A stretch of DNA of 32,000 nucleotides from Geotalea uraniireducens Rf4 (GTDB lineage Bacteria > Desulfobacterota > Desulfuromonadia > Geobacterales > Geobacteraceae): the NCBI RefSeq assembly GCF_000016745.1, contig NC_009483.1:630001-662000 (forward strand), written 5' to 3'. Every line of letters begins with the position of its first letter. Position 1 is the stretch's first letter. This document shows positions 1 to 8,261 of this stretch, piece after piece. The position numbers and the translations under genes are program-made. Below the pieces are notes generated by a model. It worked only from the letters and a program-made list of their open reading frames with translations. It did not search any database and was not told the DNA's origin.

Positions 1-32
1 TCAGTCCGTAAAGCCGCAGTACCTATCGACCG

Positions 33-488
33 TCACGGCAAGGATTCGAAATTGCCGAAGTAGGGAACGTCGCCGTATTGCCTGAATGCCGGTGGTTCTT
101 CCGCCAGCCAGTAGATATAGGTAAAACGGACGTGCGTCGGTGCAAAATCGGGTGAGGGACGGAACTCCATCCGGAACGGCTCGGATCTGCCCGGGGGGAT
201 GTAGGTAGGAAAATCGGCGTAGGTTTCCCTGGCGAGGATCTTGCGTCGTTCATCCGTGAGCCGGACGGTCAATTCCAGGTCGCGCAGGTAATAGCTCCGC
301 CGGTTCGTGACCGTCCCCGCCAAACTGACCATCTGGCCGGTACGCTCCGCCTGCCAGGCAATCTCTACATCATAGTAGCTGAAGTGGTGGGGGGAGAAGG
401 ACGGGTTTTTGTCCAGTTCCTTGTGGTAGACGCTGCAAGCAGCCGTCGCGAGGAGAAGCAACAGGACGAGAGCACATTGTTTTATCAT
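33..488 (-). CDS. small lipoprotein, function unknown
   Basis: ORF 33..584 trimmed to the internal ATG (cat at 486-488). MIKQCALVLLLLLATAAC reads as a signal peptide plus lipobox Cys. The 32 upstream codons have no signal logic. No family recognised. Confidence 0.55.
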   Translation of the reverse strand: MIKQCALVLLLLLATAACSVYHKELDKNPSFSPHHFSYYDVEIAWQAERTGQMVSLAGTVTNRRSYYLRDLELTVRLTDERRKILARETYADFPTYIPPGRSEPFRMEFRPSPDFAPTHVRFTYIYWLAEEPPAFRQYGDVPYFGNFESLP

Positions 489-526
489 GGTCTTTCCTTC
501 CGGCTCGCGAAAAACGGCACTTCTGC

Positions 527-703
527 CACAGAGACACGGAGAAATCACAGAGAAAATAAAACTGAATTTACCGCAAAGGACCAAAAGGGTCTAAATGCCT
601 AACATGCCGATATCGCAAAGGAAACCAGACGCTAACAGGGTTAGTTGGCGTTCTTTGTGGCTTTGCGGGAGACTGCTTTTTAATAAATCTCCGTGTCTCT
701 GTG
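527..703. repeat. 177-bp intergenic element bounded by a perfect 16-bp inverted repeat
   Basis: CACAGAGACACGGAGA at 527-542 and its exact reverse complement TCTCCGTGTCTCTGTG at 688-703. It lies between the lipoprotein start and the DUF2950 gene stop. No flanking direct repeat seen. Confidence 0.6.
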
Positions 704-749
704 ACTCTATGGCAAAACTGCTTTTTGAATTCGGGACATGAACTGCCGG

Positions 750-1724
750 TCACTGTTCTTCCACCAACTTCCAGCGCAGGTCCGGGTTGTACGACTTCAT
801 CCTGCGGGCGATCTCGGCGGTTTTCGGCCCCAGGTTTTTCTGGTAGACCCGGCCCCGCTGGCTGACGATGAAGGTCATTACCCCCGACACCCCCCATCGT
901 GCCGGGTAGGCGACCAGCGCATGGCCCGCCACCATATTGCCGTTGATGACGTAGCTGAACCTGCCACCGGGGGCGCTCGGCCCCTGCCGCTTGAGGATAC
1001 GGAAATAGTAGCCGTGGAATGGGCGGGGGCCGCTCTCGCCCGGATTGCGCTTCTGCATGTACCCCTGTTCCCTCGCCCTGGCGACCAGCGGGCCGAGCGG
1101 GCTCTCCTTCTCGCCGGCTGCCGTCGGCCAGTAGAGGCCGTCCCGTTTCCCCGCTCTGCTGATCATGTGCTGGGCGTACTTGGGTACCTGGACGCCGTCC
1201 GGCTCCGGCATGGTGTAGTATTCCCGCTGCGCTTCCACGTATGCACGGCAGGCATTGATGGCGAGCAGCTCGTTGCGGCCGATGCGCCGGGTGAGGATCT
1301 CCTCGCGCCCTGCCTCGGTGTCGAACCGCCAGGTGACCCCTTTTTTGACGATCGGCACGGGAAAGGGCCATTTATTGCCGCCGATGTGGAGGGCCGCCTT
1401 TGCTTCCCCTTCCTTGACCAGCTCGACACCTTCCTGCACATGGCGGGCAAAATGGTCGAATTCGGCAGCCTGTTCCACAGGGTCGCCCGGCCCAAGCTCA
1501 CGGGAAACCGGGCCAAAAATCGCTCTCAGGGCGGCATGGTCCTTTGCCTGGACCGCAGTGATCAGGGCCTGGCGGGCCTCCTCGGCCGAGTTGAACACCC
1601 GTTGCGTTGGTTCGGACTGAATGGCAAAGCTGCCGGACGGGATTGTCGCCATTACCAGCATTATGGCTGCCATCAGGCATAAACCCGTGCCATGCCCCAC
1701 AATTCTACCTATATTTTTCATCAT
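750..1724 (-). CDS. DUF2950-family secreted protein
   Basis: ORF 750..1790 trimmed to ATGATG at 1719-1724, preceded by AAGGAA. It has an N-terminal signal-like segment (GLCLMAAIMLVMATIPSGSFA). The body (WPFPVPIVKKG..WRFD, YAQH, GYYFRIL, NGNMVAGHALVAYPA.WG.SGVMTFIV) matches my memory of DUF2950. It follows a DUF3300 gene, which is the usual pairing. Confidence 0.75.
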   Translation of the reverse strand: MMKNIGRIVGHGTGLCLMAAIMLVMATIPSGSFAIQSEPTQRVFNSAEEARQALITAVQAKDHAALRAIFGPVSRELGPGDPVEQAAEFDHFARHVQEGVELVKEGEAKAALHIGGNKWPFPVPIVKKGVTWRFDTEAGREEILTRRIGRNELLAINACRAYVEAQREYYTMPEPDGVQVPKYAQHMISRAGKRDGLYWPTAAGEKESPLGPLVARAREQGYMQKRNPGESGPRPFHGYYFRILKRQGPSAPGGRFSYVINGNMVAGHALVAYPARWGVSGVMTFIVSQRGRVYQKNLGPKTAEIARRMKSYNPDLRWKLVEEQ

Positions 1725-1823
1725 ACCTGAGTTCCTTTCTCGATCAAGGGGGCACACCGGACGTGCCGCCGTTGAAGAGCCTAGCGCCATGTAACACTTA
1801 TTTTTGCGGATAACCCCTCTAAA

Positions 1824-1877
1824 TCTCCCCTTATCTAAGGGGAGACTTCAAGGCTTCCCCCCTTAGGTAAGGGGGGA
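1824..1877. repeat. two adjacent C/G-tract palindromic hairpins (REP-like)
   Basis: TCTCCCCTTA-TC-TAAGGGGAGA at 1824-1845 and TCCCCCCTTA-GG-TAAGGGGGGA at 1856-1877, both with 10-nt arms of the same design. Confidence 0.7.
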
Positions 1878-1910
1878 CTGAGGGGGGTTAGATTCAGATG
1901 TTACAGTGTA

Positions 1911-2078
1911 CTAGGAGCCTGTCGGACTTAGGAATGAATCTACTGCGAGAAGGAAAATCGGTCCATATTTCCGGAAATTTTCGACAAATAGGTCCACTAT
2001 TCGCTCTCAAATTTCCGAAAATCTGTCCTCGATTTGCCATTCTCTCGCTACGATTCCCTAAGTCCGACAGACTCCTAG
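1911..2078. repeat. 168-bp MITE-like element with 22-bp terminal inverted repeats
   Basis: CTAGGAGCCTGTCGGACTTAGG at 1911-1932 versus CCTAAGTCCGACAGACTCCTAG at 2057-2078, with 1 mismatch. The interior is AT-richer with an ATTTCCGGAAA/ATTTCCGAAAA motif. The right arm covers the stop codon (2075-2077) of the DUF3300 gene. Confidence 0.6.
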
Positions 2079-3361
2079 CGCCTCTGCCGTTGTTCTCCTC
2101 TGCCAGGGGTGGCCGGAGCCGCCTGCCGGGGCGCTTGCCGCACGGCAGGTCGCGGTGCAGACTGCCTGACGCCGGAAGCAGCCGGGCGTTGCACGGGTGC
2201 GGGACGCTGCGCAGGAACGGGCCGTGCAGCGCCAGCAGGCCGCCCGACCTGCACCGGCTGCTGCCGGTTATACTGACGCATGTTTTCCCTGCTGGTCTGA
2301 CCGCGTTCACGGTATGTCTTGACGTCCCTGCTGCTGCCGTAGCCGCCATAGCCGGAATAGGGCGCGGGCTGCGCCCCCCGCGGCTCTCGCCCCCGATAGA
2401 CGTCTTGCCGGGTCACCGGGGCGGCCGGTCGAGGCGCTGGAGCGGTCGGGCGTGGCTGAACTCCCTGAGTCACGCCCCTGTCGCGCGGACGTTGTTCCCC
2501 CCCTTGTGGCAAAGGACTGCCGGTGCGTTCGCGACGGGATTGCACGTCGCGGCGGATTTCGTTACGGAAGCGTGTCGTATCGTGCTGCTCCACCCGCCGG
2601 TTGACGTTGATCACCCGGTAATTGTTGTTTATGTATATGCGGTTCCGGTCATGGATATGCGGCCGGGCCCGGCTGATCCAGCCGCCGCCTTGCCAGCCAT
2701 GGTAGTAGACACGGTGCCGATTCCAGTCGCAATCGCGGTTCAGCCAGGCGCCGATCGTGAAGCCGATGCCGAAGGTAATGAAGCCGTAGGAGGGGTAGGG
2801 GCTCTCCACATACACCACCATGGGGTCGTACACAGGGACGTAGATCACCTCGGGTTCAGCCGGTACGATCCTGATGATCTCCCTTTCGACGACGACCTGT
2901 TGCTGGGGGGTGGAGGTAAGGTTGCCCGCAGCTTCCGCCTCGGCGCGCAGTCGCTGTATGGCGTCCATGACGTCCTGCTGCTGGTTGATGAAGGCCTGCC
3001 CCAGGGATACGGTCCAGTCGTACTTCTGGTCCATCATGTAAAGCACGTCGGGATAGTGGGCCACTGCCTTGACACTTACGTCCCACGGCTGGTCGTCGAT
3101 CCGCGCATATTTCCCATACTGCCTGGCATAACGCGCCGCTTCGTCGATCTGGTCGATGAAGGTTGCGGCAGGCAGTATCTGGGCTATCAGCGGGTCCGGG
3201 TAGAGGGCAATGGGCGCGAGCAGATCGTCGAGCTCATCCGGGGTGAAGAGGGTGTCGCCGTACACTACTGGCTGCTGGTCGTCTTCGGCCCACGACGCCT
3301 GCCCGGTGAGGAGGCACAGGGCAAAAAGTGCGGCCCGTATCGTGAGCAGAATTCTTTTCAT
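2075..3361 (-). CDS. DUF3300-family secreted protein with Pro/Arg/Gln-rich C-terminal tail
   Basis: ORF 2075..3373 trimmed to the ATG at 3359-3361, which has a GGAGA Shine-Dalgarno 5 nt upstream. Signal peptide MKRILLTIRAALFALCLLTGQASWA. LLAPIALYPDPLIAQILPAATF is the signature I associate with DUF3300. Confidence 0.75.
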   Translation of the reverse strand: MKRILLTIRAALFALCLLTGQASWAEDDQQPVVYGDTLFTPDELDDLLAPIALYPDPLIAQILPAATFIDQIDEAARYARQYGKYARIDDQPWDVSVKAVAHYPDVLYMMDQKYDWTVSLGQAFINQQQDVMDAIQRLRAEAEAAGNLTSTPQQQVVVEREIIRIVPAEPEVIYVPVYDPMVVYVESPYPSYGFITFGIGFTIGAWLNRDCDWNRHRVYYHGWQGGGWISRARPHIHDRNRIYINNNYRVINVNRRVEQHDTTRFRNEIRRDVQSRRERTGSPLPQGGEQRPRDRGVTQGVQPRPTAPAPRPAAPVTRQDVYRGREPRGAQPAPYSGYGGYGSSRDVKTYRERGQTSRENMRQYNRQQPVQVGRPAGAARPVPAQRPAPVQRPAASGVRQSAPRPAVRQAPRQAAPATPGRGEQRQRR

Positions 3362-3550
3362 TGGTCTCTCCATGGGGGTTCGGCTGGCGAGCTGTCTACC
3401 TCTTCAGTGTAGCAGAAACTCGCGGAGCGACAAGCCGGCAATGAAATGTCATAGGGCCCGCACAGTGCGAATAAATTTGCACTAATAAAATTGTTTTTAT
3501 ATACTTCGAAAGTTGCATTCCATTCTGTCCTGATCGCACGAGGCGGTGCC

Positions 3551-5314
3551 ATGATCGCAAAACCCGAACTGATCCGAATGCGGATTCTTGTCCCTACCGG
3601 CTGTGCCATATTGCTCATCCTGGTTGGGGCGATGGTAAGCATCTACTTGCTGCAGCGGCAGGAAGTGATGATTTCCGCCAACCAAAAGACAGCAGCAGTT
3701 CAGCACAACTTCCAGCAGCAACTGCTGCACGAGGAAGAACTCCTCGGCGGCCTTCTCGAGTTAATCGCGGACGATAGGCGATTGGCGCATCTCTGGCAGC
3801 AGAAGGATCGTGCCGGTCTTTTACGATACAGTAAGCTCCTTTTCGAGCGTTTACGCGGACGGGCCCGCATAACCCAATTCTATTTCATCACCCCTGACCG
3901 CACCTGTTTTCTCCGGGTCCACCTGCCGTCAAAATACGGCGACCGCATTGACCTCATTACCCTCGACAAGGCGGTACGCACCAACACGACTGCCGGTGGG
4001 CTGGAACTTGGCCCATACGGTCTGTTCACCTTTCGTATGGTAAAGCCGTGGATGGTGAACGGCCGGCTGGTCGGCTACATAGAGCTTGGCGTGGAGATCG
4101 ACCATTTCCTCCAGCAGATCGAGCAAGCCAATCATGTCAAGCTCATGTTCGCCGTCGACAAACAGCTCCTCTCCAGGGACAATTGGGAGGAGGGACAGCG
4201 GATGGTGGGGCATCGGCCGGAGTGGAACCGTTTCGATAAAATAGTCTTCAGCAATCCAGATCATTCCTCGTTGTTTTTCAACCTTGATCGTGGCCTCAGC
4301 TTCACCGGAACCAGCGCCGGTCGGCAGTTGTTTTATGCAGCAGCAGATGGCCGAAGCTACGTCTACGGTCTCGTTCCGCAGAAAGACGTCAGCGAACGGG
4401 TCAATGGCGGTTTCGTAGTCTTCAACGACATTACCCTTTCCAGGCATAAGCTGCGTTTGCTGGCACTCGAACTCACTGCCTTCTCCGTCATCGTGGCAGG
4501 CATCCTTTTCGTCATATTCAATGCCTATGTCAGGCGTATCCAAAATGGGATCATTGCCGCCAGGACCGAACTTACCAATGAGGTCGACGAACACAAACAG
4601 ACCGCCATGGCGCTTGCCAGGGCCAAAGAGGAAAGCGATGCGGCAAACCGTGACCTTCATGCCTTCAGCTATTCCGTGACACACGACCTGCGAGCCCCTC
4701 TAACCGTGATCAACGGCTATTGCGAGGCTATTCTGGAGGGGTACGCCTCCAGGCTCGATGCGCAGGGTATGGAGTATCTCCGCACCATCAGCAGCAGTTG
4801 CATGCGCATGAACAAATTCATCGACGCAATTCTCATCTTCTCCCTGGCCGGTCAGGAGGAGATTCGCCGGGAACCTGTCAACCTGAGCGAACTTGCCCGA
4901 CTCATCATGGCCGAGCTCAACTTTAACGAGACGGCCCGGCAACTCACCTGGACGATAGCCGATGGACTCACAACGAGCGGCGACCCCCTCCTTCTTCGGA
5001 CCGTGCTGGATAACCTCCTTGGCAACGCCTGGAAATTTACCGGCAAAAAAACGCAGTCGGTGATCGAGTTTGGCGTCACCGAACGCGCCGGTGAGCGGGT
5101 CTTTTTTGTCCGCGACAACGGAGCGGGATTCGCTATGGAACGGGCGGCGGAACTGTTCGTCCCATTCACGCGCCTCCACGACCGACATGAGTTCGTCGGC
5201 AGCGGAATCGGCCTGGCCACAGTTCATAAGATCATCACCCGCCATGGCGGCCGTATCTGGGCTGAGAGTGCCCCGGGCGAGGGGGCGACGTTTTTCTTCA
5301 CCATTCCGGACTGA
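3551..5314 (+). CDS. membrane sensor histidine kinase (large periplasmic sensor domain, HisKA + HATPase_c)
   Basis: Start ATG at 3551 (MIAKPEL). Two TM segments flank a ~280-aa extracytoplasmic region. H-box SVTHDLRAPL, N-box DNLLGNAWKF, G1 VRDNGAGF, G2 GSGIGLATV. No response regulator is adjacent. Confidence 0.85.
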   Translation: MIAKPELIRMRILVPTGCAILLILVGAMVSIYLLQRQEVMISANQKTAAVQHNFQQQLLHEEELLGGLLELIADDRRLAHLWQQKDRAGLLRYSKLLFERLRGRARITQFYFITPDRTCFLRVHLPSKYGDRIDLITLDKAVRTNTTAGGLELGPYGLFTFRMVKPWMVNGRLVGYIELGVEIDHFLQQIEQANHVKLMFAVDKQLLSRDNWEEGQRMVGHRPEWNRFDKIVFSNPDHSSLFFNLDRGLSFTGTSAGRQLFYAAADGRSYVYGLVPQKDVSERVNGGFVVFNDITLSRHKLRLLALELTAFSVIVAGILFVIFNAYVRRIQNGIIAARTELTNEVDEHKQTAMALARAKEESDAANRDLHAFSYSVTHDLRAPLTVINGYCEAILEGYASRLDAQGMEYLRTISSSCMRMNKFIDAILIFSLAGQEEIRREPVNLSELARLIMAELNFNETARQLTWTIADGLTTSGDPLLLRTVLDNLLGNAWKFTGKKTQSVIEFGVTERAGERVFFVRDNGAGFAMERAAELFVPFTRLHDRHEFVGSGIGLATVHKIITRHGGRIWAESAPGEGATFFFTIPD

Positions 5315-5373
5315 TAAGGGAAAATACGAAGGGATTTGAATTATATCTGTTCGTCTGTGTGTAACAGCTTTTT

Positions 5374-5883
5374 TCAGGATAAATGAAGGGAAGGGGTGAT
5401 GGACGGACCTTGGCAAAGATCCGCTTGCACCCCCCAGTTTGCCAGTTCAGTCAGAACGTTTTCCGTAAGTTGAGCGACCTGTTCCGCAACGACAGGGGAC
5501 AATTCCATCCCCATTTCAATGCACTCCGGCTGTACTCCCCACAGCACCATCTCAGCAGGGTCGAAACCCTGCAACGATGCCACCGTCAGCAGATCCTTGA
5601 GCCCCATCTGGTGAGGGGACACCTTTGTCTCCAGCGCCAGCGGGATATCGTCGCCGGAAAGCCTGAGCAGAGTTCCGGGTGCGCCGCCGGTTTCAACAGC
5701 GTCGACCACGAGAAGCCTTTCCACTCCTTCAAGTTTCGGCAGCAGATCAAGCCCCAGCGTACCGCCGTCCAGAAGCGTGACTTTTTCCGGAAAGCGGTAG
5801 CGCTCCTGCAGAAGCTGCACAACCCTGACCCCGACACCATCATCGGACATGATCAGGTTTCCTATTCCGAGTACCAGAACCAT
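5374..5883 (-). CDS. hyaD: [NiFe]-hydrogenase maturation endopeptidase (HyaD/HybD family)
   Basis: MVLVLGIGNLIMSDDGVGVRVV...LLDGGTLGLDLL...VVDAV is the canonical N-terminus of the HyaD/HybD/HycI protease family. It is the last gene of the hydrogenase operon. Confidence 0.9.
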   Translation of the reverse strand: MVLVLGIGNLIMSDDGVGVRVVQLLQERYRFPEKVTLLDGGTLGLDLLPKLEGVERLLVVDAVETGGAPGTLLRLSGDDIPLALETKVSPHQMGLKDLLTVASLQGFDPAEMVLWGVQPECIEMGMELSPVVAEQVAQLTENVLTELANWGVQADLCQGPSITPSLHLS

Positions 5884-5889
5884 CGGTGT

Positions 5890-6546
5890 TCACTCCCTCT
5901 CGCGCACGGCCTTGTAGCCGCCGAAAATGCTCGACATGACGCCCCCGCGCTCCTTCACGTCCATCAGCCAGGCGCTGTAGATGTGGTGGATGGCGAAGGC
6001 GATCAGGAACCACATGATCATGTGGTGGGTGAGGCGGATATCCTGGTTGGAGAAAAGGGTCAGCAGCCAGCCGAACGCCATGTGCATAACGGAATGGGGG
6101 GCGCGTTCAGAGTAGAGGGCGAAGCCGGTCAGTATCATCACCAGGTAGAGCAAGAATACCACGGAATAGGCAGCTCCTGCCAGTGCATTGTGACCGACGG
6201 TGTGTGGAGCTTTTTTGCTCATGAAGGTGTAATAACGGAAGGTGTCCAGCATCCGCCGGCGCCCCTCGGCGGTGACTATGGGGAAAAACTCCTGCCAGGA
6301 TGCATACTTGTTGCCGACAAATGACCAGTAGACGCGACCCATGACGCTGATCGCAAAGGCGTAGGCGGCTACGAAATGCACAAAGCGCACCCATCCCATC
6401 GCGTATTGGGAGGTGCTCAGGGCCAGCGTCTTCGGCGAGCCGATGAAGATGCCGGTAACGGAAAGGGTGATGATGGCGAGAAAGTTTACCCAATGGGTGG
6501 CACGTACCGGCACCTCCCATACATATTTTTCATACAGGTTTCCCAT
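5890..6546 (-). CDS. hyaC: Ni/Fe-hydrogenase b-type cytochrome subunit
   Basis: Four predicted TM helices with conserved His residues (RATHWVNF, FVHFVAAY, HTVGHNAL, HHMIMW...HHIYSA). GGAGG RBS. It directly follows the large subunit. Confidence 0.85.
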   Translation of the reverse strand: MGNLYEKYVWEVPVRATHWVNFLAIITLSVTGIFIGSPKTLALSTSQYAMGWVRFVHFVAAYAFAISVMGRVYWSFVGNKYASWQEFFPIVTAEGRRRMLDTFRYYTFMSKKAPHTVGHNALAGAAYSVVFLLYLVMILTGFALYSERAPHSVMHMAFGWLLTLFSNQDIRLTHHMIMWFLIAFAIHHIYSAWLMDVKERGGVMSSIFGGYKAVRERE

Positions 6547-6556
6547 GGCATGCCTC

Positions 6557-8257
6557 CTAGAGCACGTTGACTTTCACCATTTCGTTGCCGCTTGCATCGA
6601 AAACATGGACAGCGCAGGCAAGGCAGGGGTCGAATGAGTGAATGGTCCTGAGGATCTCCAGCGGCTTATTGGGGTCTGCCAGCGGAGTGCCGACCAGCGC
6701 CGCCTCGTAGGGGCCCCTGAGCCCTTTCGCATCACGGGGGGAGGCGTTCCAGGTGGAGGGTACCACCGCCTGGTAGTTGAGTATTTTTTGGTCCTTGATC
6801 TTGATCCAGTGCCCCAGCGCTCCGCGCGGTGCCTCATGCCAGCCGTAACCTGCCGCTTCGGCGGGCCAGGTGGCGGGATCCCACTTCTCGTTGTTGTGGA
6901 CCTTGTAATCTCCTTTGCCGATATTGTCGATGAGCTGGTCGAGCCATTTCGGCGTTTCCTGGGCGATCAGGAGGCAGTCGATGCCACGTGCCGCGGTACG
7001 CCCCAACGTGGAGAAGAGTGCCTCGGGTCCGACTCCCAGTTTATGCAGGACGCCGTCCACCGCGCCTTTGACCTCTTTGTGTCCTGACGCGTAGGCGACC
7101 AGCAGCCGGGCCAGCGGACCGACTTCCATCGGCTGGTCCTCATACCGCGGCGCCTTGACCCAGGAGTATTTGCCGTCGGTGTCCAGGTTCTTGAAGGGAG
7201 GTTTCGGGCCGCTATACTTGTGCTCCGACTCCCCTTCCCATGGATGAAGACCCTTGCCGGCTCCGCCGGAATATTCATACCAGGAGTGGTCCACATACTC
7301 GGTGACCTTTTCGTGGCTGACAGGGATGACTTTGGACAGGTCCTTACCCATGATGGCTCCTGAAGGCATCCAGAGCTGGCCACTGCCGGGCTGGGGGAAG
7401 TCGCCGTAAGAGAGGAAATTGCCGACTCCGCCGCCGATGCCTGCCCACTCCTTGTAGAAGGATGCCACCGCCAGGAGATCCGGGATGTAGACCTTTTCCA
7501 CGAACTCCCTGGCCTTGGCGAGGAGCCGCTTGATCTCCATCAGCTTGTCGGCGTTGAGGGCGTTCTGGGAATCGGGATCGATGGCGATCGCCATGCCGCC
7601 TACCAGGAAAGTCTGAGGATGGGGATTCTTGCTTCCCAGGATGGCGTGTATCTTGATGACGTCCTTTTGCCACTCCAGTGCCTCCAGGTAGTGGGCGGTG
7701 GCCATCAGGTTCGCCTCGGGGGGAAGTCTGTAGGCCGGGTGCCCCCAGTAGGCGTTGGCGAAGGGGCCGAGACGCCCCTTGGCGACGAAGGCCTTCAGCT
7801 TCTCCTGCACCCCTCTGAAGTAGGTGGCGGAGTTTAGGGGCCAGTCGGAAATGGAGGCTGCCAGGGCGGCAGTCTTGGCCGGATCGGCCTTGAGCCCCGA
7901 GGTGATGTCCACCCAGTCCAGGGCGTGGAGGTGGTAGAAGTGGATCACGTGGTCCTGGACGTTCTGGATGCCGATGATGATGTTTCTGATCAGCTCGGCA
8001 TTGGCAGGGATCTTGATGTTGAGGGCGTTCTCCACGGCGCGGATCGAGGCAATGGAATGCACCGTGGTGCAGACGCCGCAGAACCGCTGGGTAAAGAACC
8101 AGGCGTCGCGTGGGTCCCTGGTCTTGAGGATTTTTTCAATGCCGCGGAACATGGTACTGCTGCTCCAGGCGTCGGAAACCTTTCCGTTATTCACCTCTGC
8201 TTCGATACGGAGATGTCCTTCTATCCTGGTAATTGGGTCGATAACGATCTTGGCCAT
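6557..8257 (-). CDS. hyaB: [NiFe] hydrogenase large subunit (group 1 uptake type)
   Basis: Start trimmed to the ATG at 8255-8257 (MAKIVIDPITRIEGHLRIE), with GGAGG upstream. It has the N-terminal RFCGVCTTVH Ni-binding CxxC and the C-terminal DPCLACAVH, followed by a 15-aa extension (VFDASGNEMVKVNVL) that the maturation protease removes. Confidence 0.95.
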   Translation of the reverse strand: MAKIVIDPITRIEGHLRIEAEVNNGKVSDAWSSSTMFRGIEKILKTRDPRDAWFFTQRFCGVCTTVHSIASIRAVENALNIKIPANAELIRNIIIGIQNVQDHVIHFYHLHALDWVDITSGLKADPAKTAALAASISDWPLNSATYFRGVQEKLKAFVAKGRLGPFANAYWGHPAYRLPPEANLMATAHYLEALEWQKDVIKIHAILGSKNPHPQTFLVGGMAIAIDPDSQNALNADKLMEIKRLLAKAREFVEKVYIPDLLAVASFYKEWAGIGGGVGNFLSYGDFPQPGSGQLWMPSGAIMGKDLSKVIPVSHEKVTEYVDHSWYEYSGGAGKGLHPWEGESEHKYSGPKPPFKNLDTDGKYSWVKAPRYEDQPMEVGPLARLLVAYASGHKEVKGAVDGVLHKLGVGPEALFSTLGRTAARGIDCLLIAQETPKWLDQLIDNIGKGDYKVHNNEKWDPATWPAEAAGYGWHEAPRGALGHWIKIKDQKILNYQAVVPSTWNASPRDAKGLRGPYEAALVGTPLADPNKPLEILRTIHSFDPCLACAVHVFDASGNEMVKVNVL

Positions 8258-8261
8258 GCAG

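Noticed and set aside
1898-3412. 504-aa plus-strand ORF antisense to the DUF3300 gene. Similar long antisense ORFs lie at 568-1371, 738-1682, 5383-6324, 7968-9320, 18885-20651 and 29041-30009.
   Set aside because: They lie entirely opposite genes with clear family motifs. They are Arg/Pro/Gly/Ala-rich as expected for shadow frames in GC-rich coding DNA, and they have no recognisable motifs or RBS.
5347-5374. Terminator between the convergent histidine kinase and hyaD genes (CTGTT-N11-AACAG followed by a T-run)
   Set aside because: The stem is only 5 bp with an 11-nt loop, too weak to call with confidence.
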